Shown: positions 18,601 through 27,638, counted from the stretch's first letter. The stretch: DNA of 64,000 bases from Bacteroidales bacterium (GCA_031257915.1 JAIRNR010000003.1:7670-71669), one strand, 5' to 3'. Made by a program: numbers and translations. The notes: generated by a model not told the origin, from the letters alone.

Positions 18601-18750
18601 ACGAGTAGCGGCGGCGATTTGAAAAAAGTTGCGCAGGACAGGTACGATAAAATATTACAAAAAGAGGCAATACTTGAAGAGCAGGAGAGATTAGAACGGG
18701 AAAATATGAATACTGATAATACACCCGAAATAGAATTACCATCAATGTAG
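15610..18750 (+). CDS. large secreted tetratricopeptide-repeat (TPR) protein
   Basis: Signal peptide. Many A/Y/L-patterned 34-aa TPR-like units (e.g. YNLGYAYFGIKKYDSSAYFFQKV). Acidic C-terminal tail. Confidence 0.8.
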   Translation: MKQKVILLLTLLLFVLPLSAQKTHFYDEPDATFRSAVELYSKAKYGSAQKQFEWVLKKLQNSQGNKHDGANVDYMREEAMYYSAMCNIKLFHSHSDAPLIRFLHEYPQSLRINSIYLSLGNFEYTQKRYKETIEYYEKVNTDALSPEDKNEFTFRKGYALFMQKKYLDAEVLFYSLIEEDMRYRVVSTYYYAYCLYVQEKYQSARTEFEKIEDDPSFATIIPYFLLQIDYKQKEYDKVIDKGLELFSDAKQTRKIELSHLIGDSYLKKGKYQEALPYLKMYVSLSPENPDPADNYNLGYAYFGIKKYDSSAYFFQKVATLSDTSYQRLIQSSLYHLGYIYSQQDLIRFAQEAFRSAADMESGNTVLQEDAFYNYAKLVHQKGQATYQEKADALRGFLTKYPYSVYNNIIHAYLVDVLMTTHSYREALETLAEIPYKTAEMKEAEQRLFFGRAVELFNIEDYESAFDAFTSCEKNSYNDIYTSRAIYWKGMCLSVLDKKQEAMAEYNRFLSLPSSKNTEEYAYALYCMGVIQMEQNQYAAAASQFNRFVLLTQDSVYRRDALMNIADCKFMLKQYNTAFDDYDKAMVADDGRNDYALYQQALCSGAMAKYAQKISLLKKVNVSSSLMPQVLSELGATEMLLENNVKAEDAFSGLIREYPNHPLVKNAYMKIGMMYFNEGKNKEALEYFKKVIEKYQGTSEAKQSLLTLKNIYIAMNKPDEFFDYAKKMSGVKIDEQEQDSILYLAAENIYFEGNFSEAAKSFTKYIEQFPKGFFVVEALHSLADCAVRTNDGNLAKSTYQKLANIPATPYTEQATITVAGMEFSDKNFTAALENYTRLRSIASTPANALLAQTGIMRSYVQMDRKKEAVDEAQILLKMDRLSDNQKDEANITIARLSRQMGDNELSDDSYMRLTSSKNPNYQAEARYILIEGMVRDGLLVEAEQKIVDYISDAPGNDEYLAKMFILWSDIYFQRGNFLQAKQTLRSVIDNYDDGDDSDTSSGGDLKKVAQDRYDKILQKEAILEEQERLERENMNTDNTPEIELPSM

Positions 18751-18764
18751 AATATAAAAACTGT

Positions 18765-20486
18765 ATGAAACAAATAATAATAATCAATTTTATTTTTGTC
18801 GGATTTTTTGCCTGTGCACAGCAGAGTGTGCCGCAAAGTGTATCGTCTTTCAACGAAAAAGTTATCGTTGTTGCGCCTTATAATCCGACTTTGATACGGA
18901 AACCGGCAACGCTGATGTTTATGCCGCAAATGCGCGATACATTGCCTGTCAATGTTGTGCCGCGCAGCGATTATGTTATCTATTCCGTGCCTGAAAAAAC
19001 GGAATATTCAATAGAAAATATGAAGCCCGCAAAAATTTCGGGAGAGCCGATAGATAAACTTTTCCATCAGCATATAAAAATCGGTTTTGGAAATTATCTG
19101 ACCCCGCTTGCGGAAGCATATTTCAGTTTGGGGCGTGATAAAAATTACGGCATTGCGGCATCGTACAAACACCTTTCCTCGTATGGAAAAATAAAGGGAT
19201 ACTCTCGTTATAAAAGCAGTTTTGCAGACCATGAATTTGATTTGCTCGGTCAGATTTTTTCTGTTCCCTATTTTACCGTAACGCTTAATGCTTATTACAA
19301 CTATCATCAGGTAAATTGCTATGGTTTTAGTGATGATGCGGATACTTCCGCATTGAGTTTTATGGATATTTCCGATGAATCTTGGCGGTGGTATCAGAAT
19401 TTGGGATTTAATGTAAAGTTTGAAGATAATGCAACAACTCCGAATCAATGGAAATATACGGCAACTGCGCGTTATAATTTTAATTCATCCGCCTGGGGAA
19501 GTCACGAACATTCTGCTGAAGTATTGGGGCGTGTGGAAAAGAAATTAAATTATGTTGATAAATATACGGACGAACTTCGCGCAGGAGGAATTTTTAGTTT
19601 TGACGATAACACTTACGGAGTCAATTCAACCGGAACAAATAATTCTTACACAGTACGTATTGAACCGACAGTGTATTACAGATTTTTTAAAGTTGAATTG
19701 CGCGGGGGATTGCGTTTTTACATCTTTGGGGATGATTTGTCGAAAAGTCCGAAAGTACAGTTTAATCCGGTTGTGGATCTTAAATACCATATAGTAGATA
19801 AAATACTTACTGCTTTTGCAGGATTTACAGGAAATGTAGAGCGTAATACTCTTGAAAAAATTTCAAATATAAATCCGTATCTGCATCAGTTTTCGGCAGA
19901 TAAATTAAGTTTTTCACGGGATAAATTAAAATTTTATTTAGGTTTGCAAAGTAATATAAGTAAAAATATGGATGTTGCAGTTAAGGGTGAATTTATGCTG
20001 AGGGATCATATACTGAACTTTGTTCAACGTCCATATTTTGTGGGAATACACTATGAAGGTTTCAACGATTTTATTCCTGCTTACAGCGAAGATTTATTTT
20101 TTTTAAGAGTAAAAGGCGAAATGAATTTTCGTTGGGATGAACGCATATCTGCGCATGTAGAAGCAACATATAATTACTTTGACAATACGCTTTATTATAT
20201 TCCTGCATTTGAAGCAAAGGCAACGTTTCGTTACAATATCGGTAATAAATTTATTATAACCACCGATATGGTCGGATATACCGGTATGGCAGGACTTGAC
20301 CGTTATATGGATGAATTTACGGTTAATGGTGGTTTCGATTGGAATTTGGGATTTGAATATAGATTTTTCCGCCGTTGGAGTGCGTTTGCACAAGTGAATA
20401 ATTTAATTGCGCAAAGATTTTTCCGCTGGTATGATTATCCGTCTTATCGTATAAATTTTATAGTCGGAGCGACATTTGGTTTTTAA
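18765..20486 (+). CDS. putative outer-membrane beta-barrel protein (putative-porin-like)
   Basis: Signal peptide, alternating aromatic/hydrophilic strands, and a terminal ...VGATFGF aromatic residue. Starts 15 nt after the TPR gene. Confidence 0.6.
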   Translation: MKQIIIINFIFVGFFACAQQSVPQSVSSFNEKVIVVAPYNPTLIRKPATLMFMPQMRDTLPVNVVPRSDYVIYSVPEKTEYSIENMKPAKISGEPIDKLFHQHIKIGFGNYLTPLAEAYFSLGRDKNYGIAASYKHLSSYGKIKGYSRYKSSFADHEFDLLGQIFSVPYFTVTLNAYYNYHQVNCYGFSDDADTSALSFMDISDESWRWYQNLGFNVKFEDNATTPNQWKYTATARYNFNSSAWGSHEHSAEVLGRVEKKLNYVDKYTDELRAGGIFSFDDNTYGVNSTGTNNSYTVRIEPTVYYRFFKVELRGGLRFYIFGDDLSKSPKVQFNPVVDLKYHIVDKILTAFAGFTGNVERNTLEKISNINPYLHQFSADKLSFSRDKLKFYLGLQSNISKNMDVAVKGEFMLRDHILNFVQRPYFVGIHYEGFNDFIPAYSEDLFFLRVKGEMNFRWDERISAHVEATYNYFDNTLYYIPAFEAKATFRYNIGNKFIITTDMVGYTGMAGLDRYMDEFTVNGGFDWNLGFEYRFFRRWSAFAQVNNLIAQRFFRWYDYPSYRINFIVGATFGF

Positions 20487-20587
20487 TTGCACTTTCAATA
20501 CAACTCACAGATTGAACAGTTCGTTTTTATAATATCTGTATTATAGGGTATTGAAAATCGGAATGTGTGCAGAAAGCGAGATTCAAT

Positions 20588-21373
20588 ATGAAGATTTTTA
20601 AAGGCATAGAACAGTGGCAACAGATAAAAAATCCAATCGTTACGGTTGGTTCGTACGATGGAGTACATCTTGCACACCGTTCAATAATATCACTTCTTAA
20701 TCACTATGCGGAAATTGAACATGGAGAAAGTGTGCTTGTAACATTTTATCCGCACCCGCGTCTTGTGCTTAAATGTGAAGATGATTTTCGTGAAAAATTT
20801 ACGCTTATAACAACGGAACGGGAAAAGATGAGAGTACTTGAAGATGTGGGGCTTCAGAATGTTTTAGTGCTTCCGTTTTCAGAAGAATTTTCCATGATGT
20901 CGTCAGAGGATTTCGTAAAGCAAATTCTTGTTGATATTGTTCACGTAAAAAAAATGATAGTCGGTTTTAATCATTCATTTGGGTACGACCGTAAAGGCAG
21001 TTACAACAATATTCTTTCGCTGGGAGAAAAATATAATTTTTCTGTTGATATGTATCCTGAATATGTTGTCCATAATCGTAAAATAAGTTCTACTCATATA
21101 AGAAATTTAATTATTTCAGGGAATATCAGCGAAGCAAATAATTCACTTGGCTACAATTTTATGGTTATAGGAGATTATGAGGATGGGCGGTTAAAAACAG
21201 ATAACTCTCATAAAATTATTCCTGCTGACGGAAAATATCTGACGCGTGTTACGGTGGGTGGATTGCTTCATAACACTGTTTGTACGGTGGATGCCGGTGA
21301 GTTATATTTTCCCGATTTGTCTTTTATTCCTGCAGTAACTGCTGCCGTAGCGTGGTTTATTAAAGAGTTATGA
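20588..21373 (+). CDS. ribF: RibF-like FMN adenylyltransferase with a short, divergent riboflavin-kinase-like C-terminus
   Basis: GSYDGVHLAHRSII corresponds to GxFDGxHxGH. LVTFYPHPR and SSTHIRNLI are RibF N-domain motifs. The C-terminal region keeps IIPADGKY but I see no GxPTAN motif. Confidence 0.7.
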   Translation: MKIFKGIEQWQQIKNPIVTVGSYDGVHLAHRSIISLLNHYAEIEHGESVLVTFYPHPRLVLKCEDDFREKFTLITTEREKMRVLEDVGLQNVLVLPFSEEFSMMSSEDFVKQILVDIVHVKKMIVGFNHSFGYDRKGSYNNILSLGEKYNFSVDMYPEYVVHNRKISSTHIRNLIISGNISEANNSLGYNFMVIGDYEDGRLKTDNSHKIIPADGKYLTRVTVGGLLHNTVCTVDAGELYFPDLSFIPAVTAAVAWFIKEL

Positions 21374-22020
21374 TTGCAGATAATCTTTTGCGGTTAAGGA
21401 CGATGTTGCCTGCCGGCGTAACACTTGTTGCCGTTTCAAAGTATCATTCCGCAGATGAGATTTTGCAGGCGTATAATGCGGGGCAACGTATATTCGGCGA
21501 AAGCAGAGCATTAGAAATGCGTGATAAGTTTAGTGCTTTGCCGCGCGATATTCAGTGGCATTTTATCGGACATCTGCAAACAAATAAAGTAAAGTATATT
21601 GCGCCGTTCGTATCGTTAATTCACAGTGTGGACAGTCTGGAGTTATTACGTGAGATTAACCGTCAAGCATTGCGTTGCGGGCGAATTATTGATGTGCTGT
21701 TAGAATTTCATATTGCTTCCGAAAGTACAAAATCGGGCTTTGTTGATGTTGAGGCGGCTCTGAGTGCGGTTAATGCGGGTGCGGATTTATGCGGGGTGCG
21801 GATTTGCGGCGTTATGGGAATGGCAACCGATACTTCCGACACCGCGCAAATTACACGGGAATTTGAAGCATTACGCAATATTTTTGAAAATTTACGCCCT
21901 CGTGTCTCTGATATATCAGCGTTTAAATATCTCTCTATGGGCATGAGCGGCGACTATGAAATTGCTCTGCACTGCGGTAGCAATGTGATAAGGATCGGCA
22001 GTGCGATTTTTGAAAAGTAG
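21370..22020 (+). CDS. yggS: YggS-family pyridoxal-phosphate homeostasis protein
   Basis: VAVSKYH (PLP lysine), HFIGHLQTNKVKY, LSMGMSGDYEIA..GSN.IRIGSAIF. Confidence 0.9.
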   Translation: MIADNLLRLRTMLPAGVTLVAVSKYHSADEILQAYNAGQRIFGESRALEMRDKFSALPRDIQWHFIGHLQTNKVKYIAPFVSLIHSVDSLELLREINRQALRCGRIIDVLLEFHIASESTKSGFVDVEAALSAVNAGADLCGVRICGVMGMATDTSDTAQITREFEALRNIFENLRPRVSDISAFKYLSMGMSGDYEIALHCGSNVIRIGSAIFEK

Positions 22021-22121
22021 CAGTTTTTGTAATGGTGGCAGAGCAGTAAAATTTTCTATCTTTTTTACTATCTTTGAATATCTGTAAATCTATAAAATGT
22101 CTTATAAAAATTCAAAATGTT

Positions 22122-22418
22122 ATGGAAATAATCGTCAATGCTATTAAATTCAAAGCAGATCAAAAATTAGTTGATTACGTTACAAAGAGAACGGAAAAAA
22201 TTGCAAAGCAATTACCGCAGGCAGTTAAAGCGGAGATACTTTTCAAAATTGATAAGGAGCATGAGTCAGGGAATAAAATTACAAACATTCGTGTTGTAAT
22301 TCCGGGTAATGATTTATTCGTGGAAAAACAGCGCGACAGTTTTGAAAAGGCTTTTGACGACGCATTTGATGCTGTTCGCAGAATGATTGAAAAAATAAAA
22401 GACAGTTATCATCAATAA
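22122..22418 (+). CDS. hpf: ribosome hibernation promoting factor / RaiA family
   Basis: MEIIVNAIKFKADQKLVDYVTKRTEKIAK... and FEKAFDDAFDAVRRMIEK are typical of the short HPF family. A TATCTTTG box lies about 55 nt upstream. Confidence 0.85.
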   Translation: MEIIVNAIKFKADQKLVDYVTKRTEKIAKQLPQAVKAEILFKIDKEHESGNKITNIRVVIPGNDLFVEKQRDSFEKAFDDAFDAVRRMIEKIKDSYHQ

Positions 22419-22420
22419 TT

Positions 22421-23860
22421 TTGCAGAATTTTTTTGAAGATACAATTTGTGCTGCAGCAACGCCTGCGGGAGCAGGTGGAATTGCTGTTATTCGTATTTC
22501 GGGAACTGTTGCACTTGATGTTGCGGACCGCATTACTGATGTATCTGCGGTGTCCACAGTGCCTCAGTCGTCTTTTGTCCCTCGCCGGGTGTATTACAAA
22601 GAAGTTTATAACTCTGACGGCTCACTGTTGGATAACGTTTTACTGACGTATTTTAAAACTCCGTATTCCTATACAGGTGAAGATGTTGTTGAAATTTCAT
22701 GTCACGCTTCACCATATATTGTACGCACAATTTTATCGCTTTGTTTGGCAGCAGGTGCGCGAATAGCGCGGGCAGGTGAATTTACTCAAAGAGCGTTTTT
22801 AAATGGAAAGTTGGATTTGTCGCAGGCGGAGGCGGTTGCCGATGTTATTGCGTCCGAAAATGCAGCATCTCACCGTTTGGCAATAATGGGGCTGCGCGGC
22901 GGTGTTTCTGCGGAAATATCAATGCTCCGCAGCGAACTTCTTAACCTGACATCGTTGCTTGAACTGGAACTTGATTTTGGTGAAGAGGATGTGGAATTTG
23001 CTTCGCGCAGCGAATTGCGGAAATTGCTCGAAAAAATCGCTTTACATGCCAACACACTTCGTAATTCTTTCGCACTTGGTAATGCCATTAAAGAGGGTAT
23101 TCCTGTCGCAATTATAGGAAAGCCGAACGCAGGAAAATCCACGCTGTTAAATGCACTGCTCGGCGACGAAAAAGCACTTGTAAGCGAAGTTGCAGGAACT
23201 ACGCGGGACGCTATTGAGGACACTGTTATAATTAACGGTATTAAATTTCGTTTTATAGATACTGCGGGATTGCGCAATTCGGACGATATTGTCGAGCGGA
23301 TGGGTGTTGAACGCACACTGTCAAAAATGCGGCAGGCATCAATCTGGCTCTATGTTTTTGATATTACGGATATATCATTGGAACAGGCGTACAGTGAAGT
23401 CGCGGCGTTGAAGCCAAATGTTGATGCGGCAAGTGCTGATGCGGCAAGTGTACCGCAAGTTATTTTTATCGGAAATAAGATTGATAAATTATCTGAGCAA
23501 CAACTGTCGGTATTGCATAATAATTCTTTAATGCCGGCGAGCAATAATATATTTCTTTCGGCTATTTCGGCGCAAAGTTCCCAACTTGACTGTTTACGTG
23601 AAGCACTTATTGAGTTGTCAGGTGCAAATGCGGTTTCCCAAAATCAGGTAATCCTGACAAATGCCCGCCATTACGAAATACTCGGTAAGGTAATGGATGG
23701 CTTGTCGCAAATTAAAACCGAAATAGAAAGCGGACTTTCCGCCGACCTGCTATCACAGCAACTTCGCACGGTTCTGGACTGTCTTGGTGAAATTACAGGG
23801 CAGATAACTACCGATGATGTTCTTGCTAATATTTTTAGTCGGTTCTGTATTGGGAAGTAA
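22421..23860 (+). CDS. mnmE: tRNA modification GTPase MnmE (TTG start)
   Basis: DTICAAATPAGAGGIAVIRISG, the G domain GKPNAGKSTLLNAL / DTAGLR / GNKID, and the terminal FCIGK. Confidence 0.95.
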   Translation: MQNFFEDTICAAATPAGAGGIAVIRISGTVALDVADRITDVSAVSTVPQSSFVPRRVYYKEVYNSDGSLLDNVLLTYFKTPYSYTGEDVVEISCHASPYIVRTILSLCLAAGARIARAGEFTQRAFLNGKLDLSQAEAVADVIASENAASHRLAIMGLRGGVSAEISMLRSELLNLTSLLELELDFGEEDVEFASRSELRKLLEKIALHANTLRNSFALGNAIKEGIPVAIIGKPNAGKSTLLNALLGDEKALVSEVAGTTRDAIEDTVIINGIKFRFIDTAGLRNSDDIVERMGVERTLSKMRQASIWLYVFDITDISLEQAYSEVAALKPNVDAASADAASVPQVIFIGNKIDKLSEQQLSVLHNNSLMPASNNIFLSAISAQSSQLDCLREALIELSGANAVSQNQVILTNARHYEILGKVMDGLSQIKTEIESGLSADLLSQQLRTVLDCLGEITGQITTDDVLANIFSRFCIGK

Positions 23861-23963
23861 AGTAAAATTTGAATAACTTTGCAATCCTGAAAATATTACG
23901 TGCACGAGATATAAAATTACGTGTACTAAACATAAATATCAAAGTCATAAACTTTATTACATA

Positions 23964-25208
23964 ATGAACATCCCATTTGAAAAACATATTTTGTCCAACG
24001 GTTTAAAAGTAATTGCCTCGCGTGATACGGCAACGCCTTTGTGCGCATTTAATTTGTTGTATGATGCAGGCGCAAAGGACGAAAACCATGAAAAGACAGG
24101 CTTCGCGCATTTATTTGAACATCTTATGTTCGGCGGCTCAAAAAACGTAAAGAATTTTGATGAAGAATTGGAAAATATCGGAGGCGAAAATAATGCATTT
24201 ACAAATAACGATTTCACAAATTACTACATATCCGTTCCGCGTGAGCATATTGAAACAGCCTTTCGCTTGGAAAGCGACCGTATGCAGAATCTGACAATAA
24301 ATAAAACACGCCTTTCGGTGCAGCAAAAAGTTGTAATCGAAGAATACCGTCAGCGATATTTAAATCAACCGTATGGCGATGCAACTCTTTTTTTGCGTCC
24401 TCTCACCTTTACAAAACATCCGTACGGATGGAGTACAATCGGCAAAAGTATTGAGCATATAGAAAGCGTTACAGTGGAAGATGTGCGCAGTTTCTATAAC
24501 ACATTTTATATGCCGGACAACGCAATTCTTTCTGTTGTCGGTGATATTGCTGTTGAAGATGTCTTTGCACTTGCGGAAAAATGGTTTGGGCATATTCCGC
24601 GCGGCGGACGCGAAAAACGCTCTTTACCTGTCGAGCCGCAACAGGTATCCCCCCGCTTACAGCGTATTACCCGCAATGTTCCCGTAAATGCACTTTACCG
24701 TAACTACCATGTTGGTGGGCGCGGTGAAAAAAGTTTTTACGTATTTGATATAATTTCCGACATTCTTTCAAACGGTGAATCGTCACGTTTTTACATAGAA
24801 TTGGTAAAGAAAGAACAACTTTTCAGCGATATTGACGCTTATGTATCGGGAGATATTGAGCCGGGGACATTTTCAATTTCAGGACGATTAAATGACGGAG
24901 TTTCATACGAACGCGCCTGTGAGGGAATCGAGCGGCAGTTAGAGCGTATTCGCAGTGAATCTGTTGGAGATTATGAACTTGCCAAAGTGAAAAATAAAGT
25001 GGAAACGGCACTGCGATTTTCAAATATCAAAGTGTTGGATAAAGCATTGAATTTTGCATTTTTTGAACTTCTCGGCGATGCCTTATTGATTGCCGATGAA
25101 GCAAAAAAATACGCAGCAGTTACGCCCTCTATGATTAAGGAACATGCTTGCCGTTGCCTGATTGACAGCAATTGCTCAACATTGGAATACGTGAGCGATA
25201 AGTTGTAA
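23964..25208 (+). CDS. M16-family zinc peptidase (active subunit)
   Basis: The inverted zinc motif HLFEHLMFGGS (HxxEH) is present. Confidence 0.9.
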   Translation: MNIPFEKHILSNGLKVIASRDTATPLCAFNLLYDAGAKDENHEKTGFAHLFEHLMFGGSKNVKNFDEELENIGGENNAFTNNDFTNYYISVPREHIETAFRLESDRMQNLTINKTRLSVQQKVVIEEYRQRYLNQPYGDATLFLRPLTFTKHPYGWSTIGKSIEHIESVTVEDVRSFYNTFYMPDNAILSVVGDIAVEDVFALAEKWFGHIPRGGREKRSLPVEPQQVSPRLQRITRNVPVNALYRNYHVGGRGEKSFYVFDIISDILSNGESSRFYIELVKKEQLFSDIDAYVSGDIEPGTFSISGRLNDGVSYERACEGIERQLERIRSESVGDYELAKVKNKVETALRFSNIKVLDKALNFAFFELLGDALLIADEAKKYAAVTPSMIKEHACRCLIDSNCSTLEYVSDKL

Positions 25209-25226
25209 TTTATAATTTTAGTACCT

Positions 25227-26480
25227 ATGCTTGAACTTGAAAAAATATCACCCTCAGTCCATACACTTGATAACGGTATATGCGTATATGGTTATCCCGA
25301 CGATACGGCAGATTTAATTCGTATTGAATTTATTTTTAATGCAGGCGGCAGATATGCCGAAAATCCGCTTGTATCGCAGGCGTGTGTGTCCCTGCTTACA
25401 AAAGGGACACATAACAAAACAGGCGGGCAAGTTGCCGAAGAATTTGATTATTACGGTGCATATACCGATAAACTTTCCGATAAGGATACAATATCTTTTA
25501 CAGTTCATTCTCTTTCGCGTAATCTTGACACGCTTATTGATCTCTGCGCCGAAATCTTTGTTCATTCTGTTTTTTCGCAAAATGAAATAGATATTTATCT
25601 GCAAAAGAATTATCAAAAATTTTTAATAAGCAAACAGAAAGTGAGCGATGTTTCGCGCAGACAACTTTTGAAAAAAATATTCGGCGATAAGCATCCCTAC
25701 GGAGTATGCACGACTGACGAAGATTTTAAAACATTAAGGCGTGAAGATTTGCTTGATTTTTACGGCAAGCGCATTGTTAGCGGACTTTCTGCCATCGTGA
25801 TAGCGGGGACATATAACGAAAAAATAATAAAAAAGTTAAACGCATTATTCGGAACAGGCAATTTTAACCGTAATGGAATAATAAGCGAAGGTGCAGACTA
25901 TCCGCAAAACACAGATACGGCACCATTGGAACCGCATTTTATATCAATGCCGTCATCTGTGCAGACATCGCTCAGAATGGGCATGCTCTCTCCGATACCT
26001 GCCGTTCGGGATGAATTTTATCCGCTAAAAACTCTTGACTTTATTTTCGGCGGCTACTTCGGCTCGCGCCTGTCAAAAAATATTCGCGAAGAAAAGGGTT
26101 ATACTTACGGTATATCATCATATATTATATCAATGCGCAGCACAGGACTTTGGCAAATATCTTCCGAGATAAAAAAAGGTGCGGCGGAAAAAGTTCTAAA
26201 GGAAATAGAAAAAGAAAAAGAGAAATTATGCAACGATTTGATTTCCGAAAAAGAACTGACACTTGTAAAAAACTGTTTTTGGGGTGAGATGCTTCGCACT
26301 GTGGACAGTGTGTTTGACAAGGCGGAAAGGAAACGGTTTCTTGTAAATATGTCAATAGACGAAACCCATTATAAAATTCTGTGGGAAACGGTTAATAGCA
26401 CCACTCCTGCAACAGTTCGCGATACGGCGCAAAAATATTTTTCGGCAGATAACTTTGTTAAAATTATTGTCGGGGAGTGA
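25227..26480 (+). CDS. M16-family peptidase-like protein (no HxxEH, probably the non-catalytic partner)
   Basis: Same length and layout as its neighbour, with a C-terminal REEKGYTYG-type motif. Paired arrangement. Confidence 0.85.
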   Translation: MLELEKISPSVHTLDNGICVYGYPDDTADLIRIEFIFNAGGRYAENPLVSQACVSLLTKGTHNKTGGQVAEEFDYYGAYTDKLSDKDTISFTVHSLSRNLDTLIDLCAEIFVHSVFSQNEIDIYLQKNYQKFLISKQKVSDVSRRQLLKKIFGDKHPYGVCTTDEDFKTLRREDLLDFYGKRIVSGLSAIVIAGTYNEKIIKKLNALFGTGNFNRNGIISEGADYPQNTDTAPLEPHFISMPSSVQTSLRMGMLSPIPAVRDEFYPLKTLDFIFGGYFGSRLSKNIREEKGYTYGISSYIISMRSTGLWQISSEIKKGAAEKVLKEIEKEKEKLCNDLISEKELTLVKNCFWGEMLRTVDSVFDKAERKRFLVNMSIDETHYKILWETVNSTTPATVRDTAQKYFSADNFVKIIVGE

Positions 26481-26510
26481 TTGAGGATTCGGAGCTTTCA
26501 AATAATAACG
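26461..26510 (+). repeat. 50-bp direct repeat, left copy (includes the peptidase stop codon)
   Basis: AAATTATTGTCGGGGAGTGATTGAGGATTCGGAGCTTTCAAATAATAACG compared with 27584-27633 (5 mismatches). Confidence 0.85.
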
Positions 26511-26590
26511 TAAAGAGCTGTATATCTAAAAATTTAGTATTTTTACAGAAATAAATAAATAGAATTGGTAACTGTAAAAAAGTAATAGAT

Positions 26591-27412
26591 ATGAAAGAGC
26601 GTATTAAAATATTTGAAGAAAAGAAAGTTCGCATTTCATGGAATGAAGCGGAGGAAGAATGGTATTTTTCTGTCGTGGATGTTGTTGCCGTATTAACGGA
26701 CAGTAATAATCCGCAAGTTTATTGGCGAGTATTAAAGAAGCGTCTATTGACTGAGGGAAACCAAACCGTTACAATTTGTAACGGTTTGAAAATGCTTGCC
26801 TCCGACGGCAAGATGCGAATGACTGATGTCGCCAATACGGAGCAACTCTTTCGCCTCATTCAATCTATTCCTTCACCAGGGGCAGAACCGTTTAAGTTGT
26901 GGATTGCACATGTCGCAAAGGAACGTTTAGACCAGTTGCAAGACCCTGAGTTGTCTATCGAACAGGCAATGACCGATTATAAACGTTTGGGCTATTCCGA
27001 CAACTGGATAAATCAGCGTTTGAAAAGTATCGAAATTCGCAAGGATTTGACCGATGAATGGAAAAAACACGGATTACAGGAAGGTGTTGAGTTTGCTACC
27101 TTAACCGATATTATTTACAAAACGTGGTCAGGCAAAACAGCCAAAGAATACAAAAAATTGAAAGGCTTGAAAAAAGAGAATCTTCGCGATAATATGACCA
27201 ATAAGGAACTGGTCATCAACATGCTTGCCGAACTGTCAACGAAAGAAATTTCGGAAGTCGTCAATCCGGAATCTTTTTCGGAGCACGAAGATACGGCACG
27301 GCGTGGTGGTAATATCGCCAAAGAAGCCCGTCTAAAGTTAGAAATGGAAACAGGTAAAAAAGTCGTCAGTCCGCTTAATGCTAAAAGTATTTTATCTATT
27401 GAGAATAAATAG
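26591..27412 (+). CDS. Bro-N domain protein, DinD (DNA-damage-inducible protein D)-like
   Basis: N-terminal FEEKKVRISWNEAEEEWYFSVVDVVAVLTDS...YWRVLKKRL fits the Bro-N pattern. The 273-aa length and the C-terminal helical KELV/AK region match my memory of DinD-like proteins. Confidence 0.6.
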   Translation: MKERIKIFEEKKVRISWNEAEEEWYFSVVDVVAVLTDSNNPQVYWRVLKKRLLTEGNQTVTICNGLKMLASDGKMRMTDVANTEQLFRLIQSIPSPGAEPFKLWIAHVAKERLDQLQDPELSIEQAMTDYKRLGYSDNWINQRLKSIEIRKDLTDEWKKHGLQEGVEFATLTDIIYKTWSGKTAKEYKKLKGLKKENLRDNMTNKELVINMLAELSTKEISEVVNPESFSEHEDTARRGGNIAKEARLKLEMETGKKVVSPLNAKSILSIENK

Positions 27413-27465
27413 TATCCCATAAAATCAAAGATAACCAGCGTATTTCAGGTTTCTGTAAATTCTCT

Positions 27466-27585
27466 CCCCCCGATTTTTATTCGTCTATGTGTAAATTAAA
27501 AAGTTTCATGTATATTTCCCTATATTTTCCCCAAAAATTTATTCGTCTGTATGTAAGTTAAAAAGTTTCATGTATATTTGTTGAA
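27466..27585 (+). repeat. tandem duplication (2 x ~60 bp) of a promoter-like segment
   Basis: TTTATTCGTCT(A/G)T(G/A)TGTAA(A/G)TTAAAAAGTTTCATGTATATTT occurs twice. The second copy ends in TATATTTG, a -7 box about 55 nt upstream of the 27639 start. Confidence 0.8.
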
Positions 27586-27633
27586 ATTATTATCGGGGAT
27601 TGATTGAGGATTCGGAGTTTTCAAATAATTTCG
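27584..27633 (+). repeat. 50-bp direct repeat, right copy
   Basis: AAATTATTATCGGGGATTGATTGAGGATTCGGAGTTTTCAAATAATTTCG. It retains a ghost of the peptidase 3' end (EIIIGD* versus KIIVGE*). Confidence 0.85.
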
Positions 27634-27638
27634 CAAAT

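Noticed and set aside
23895-23935. Two copies of AAATTACGTG(C/T)AC (one containing the palindrome CGTGCACG) in the leader of the M16 peptidase operon, possibly an operator
   Set aside because: The repeats are short (about 13 nt) and lie in an AT-rich leader. There is no adjacent regulator gene and no way to judge conservation from this window alone.
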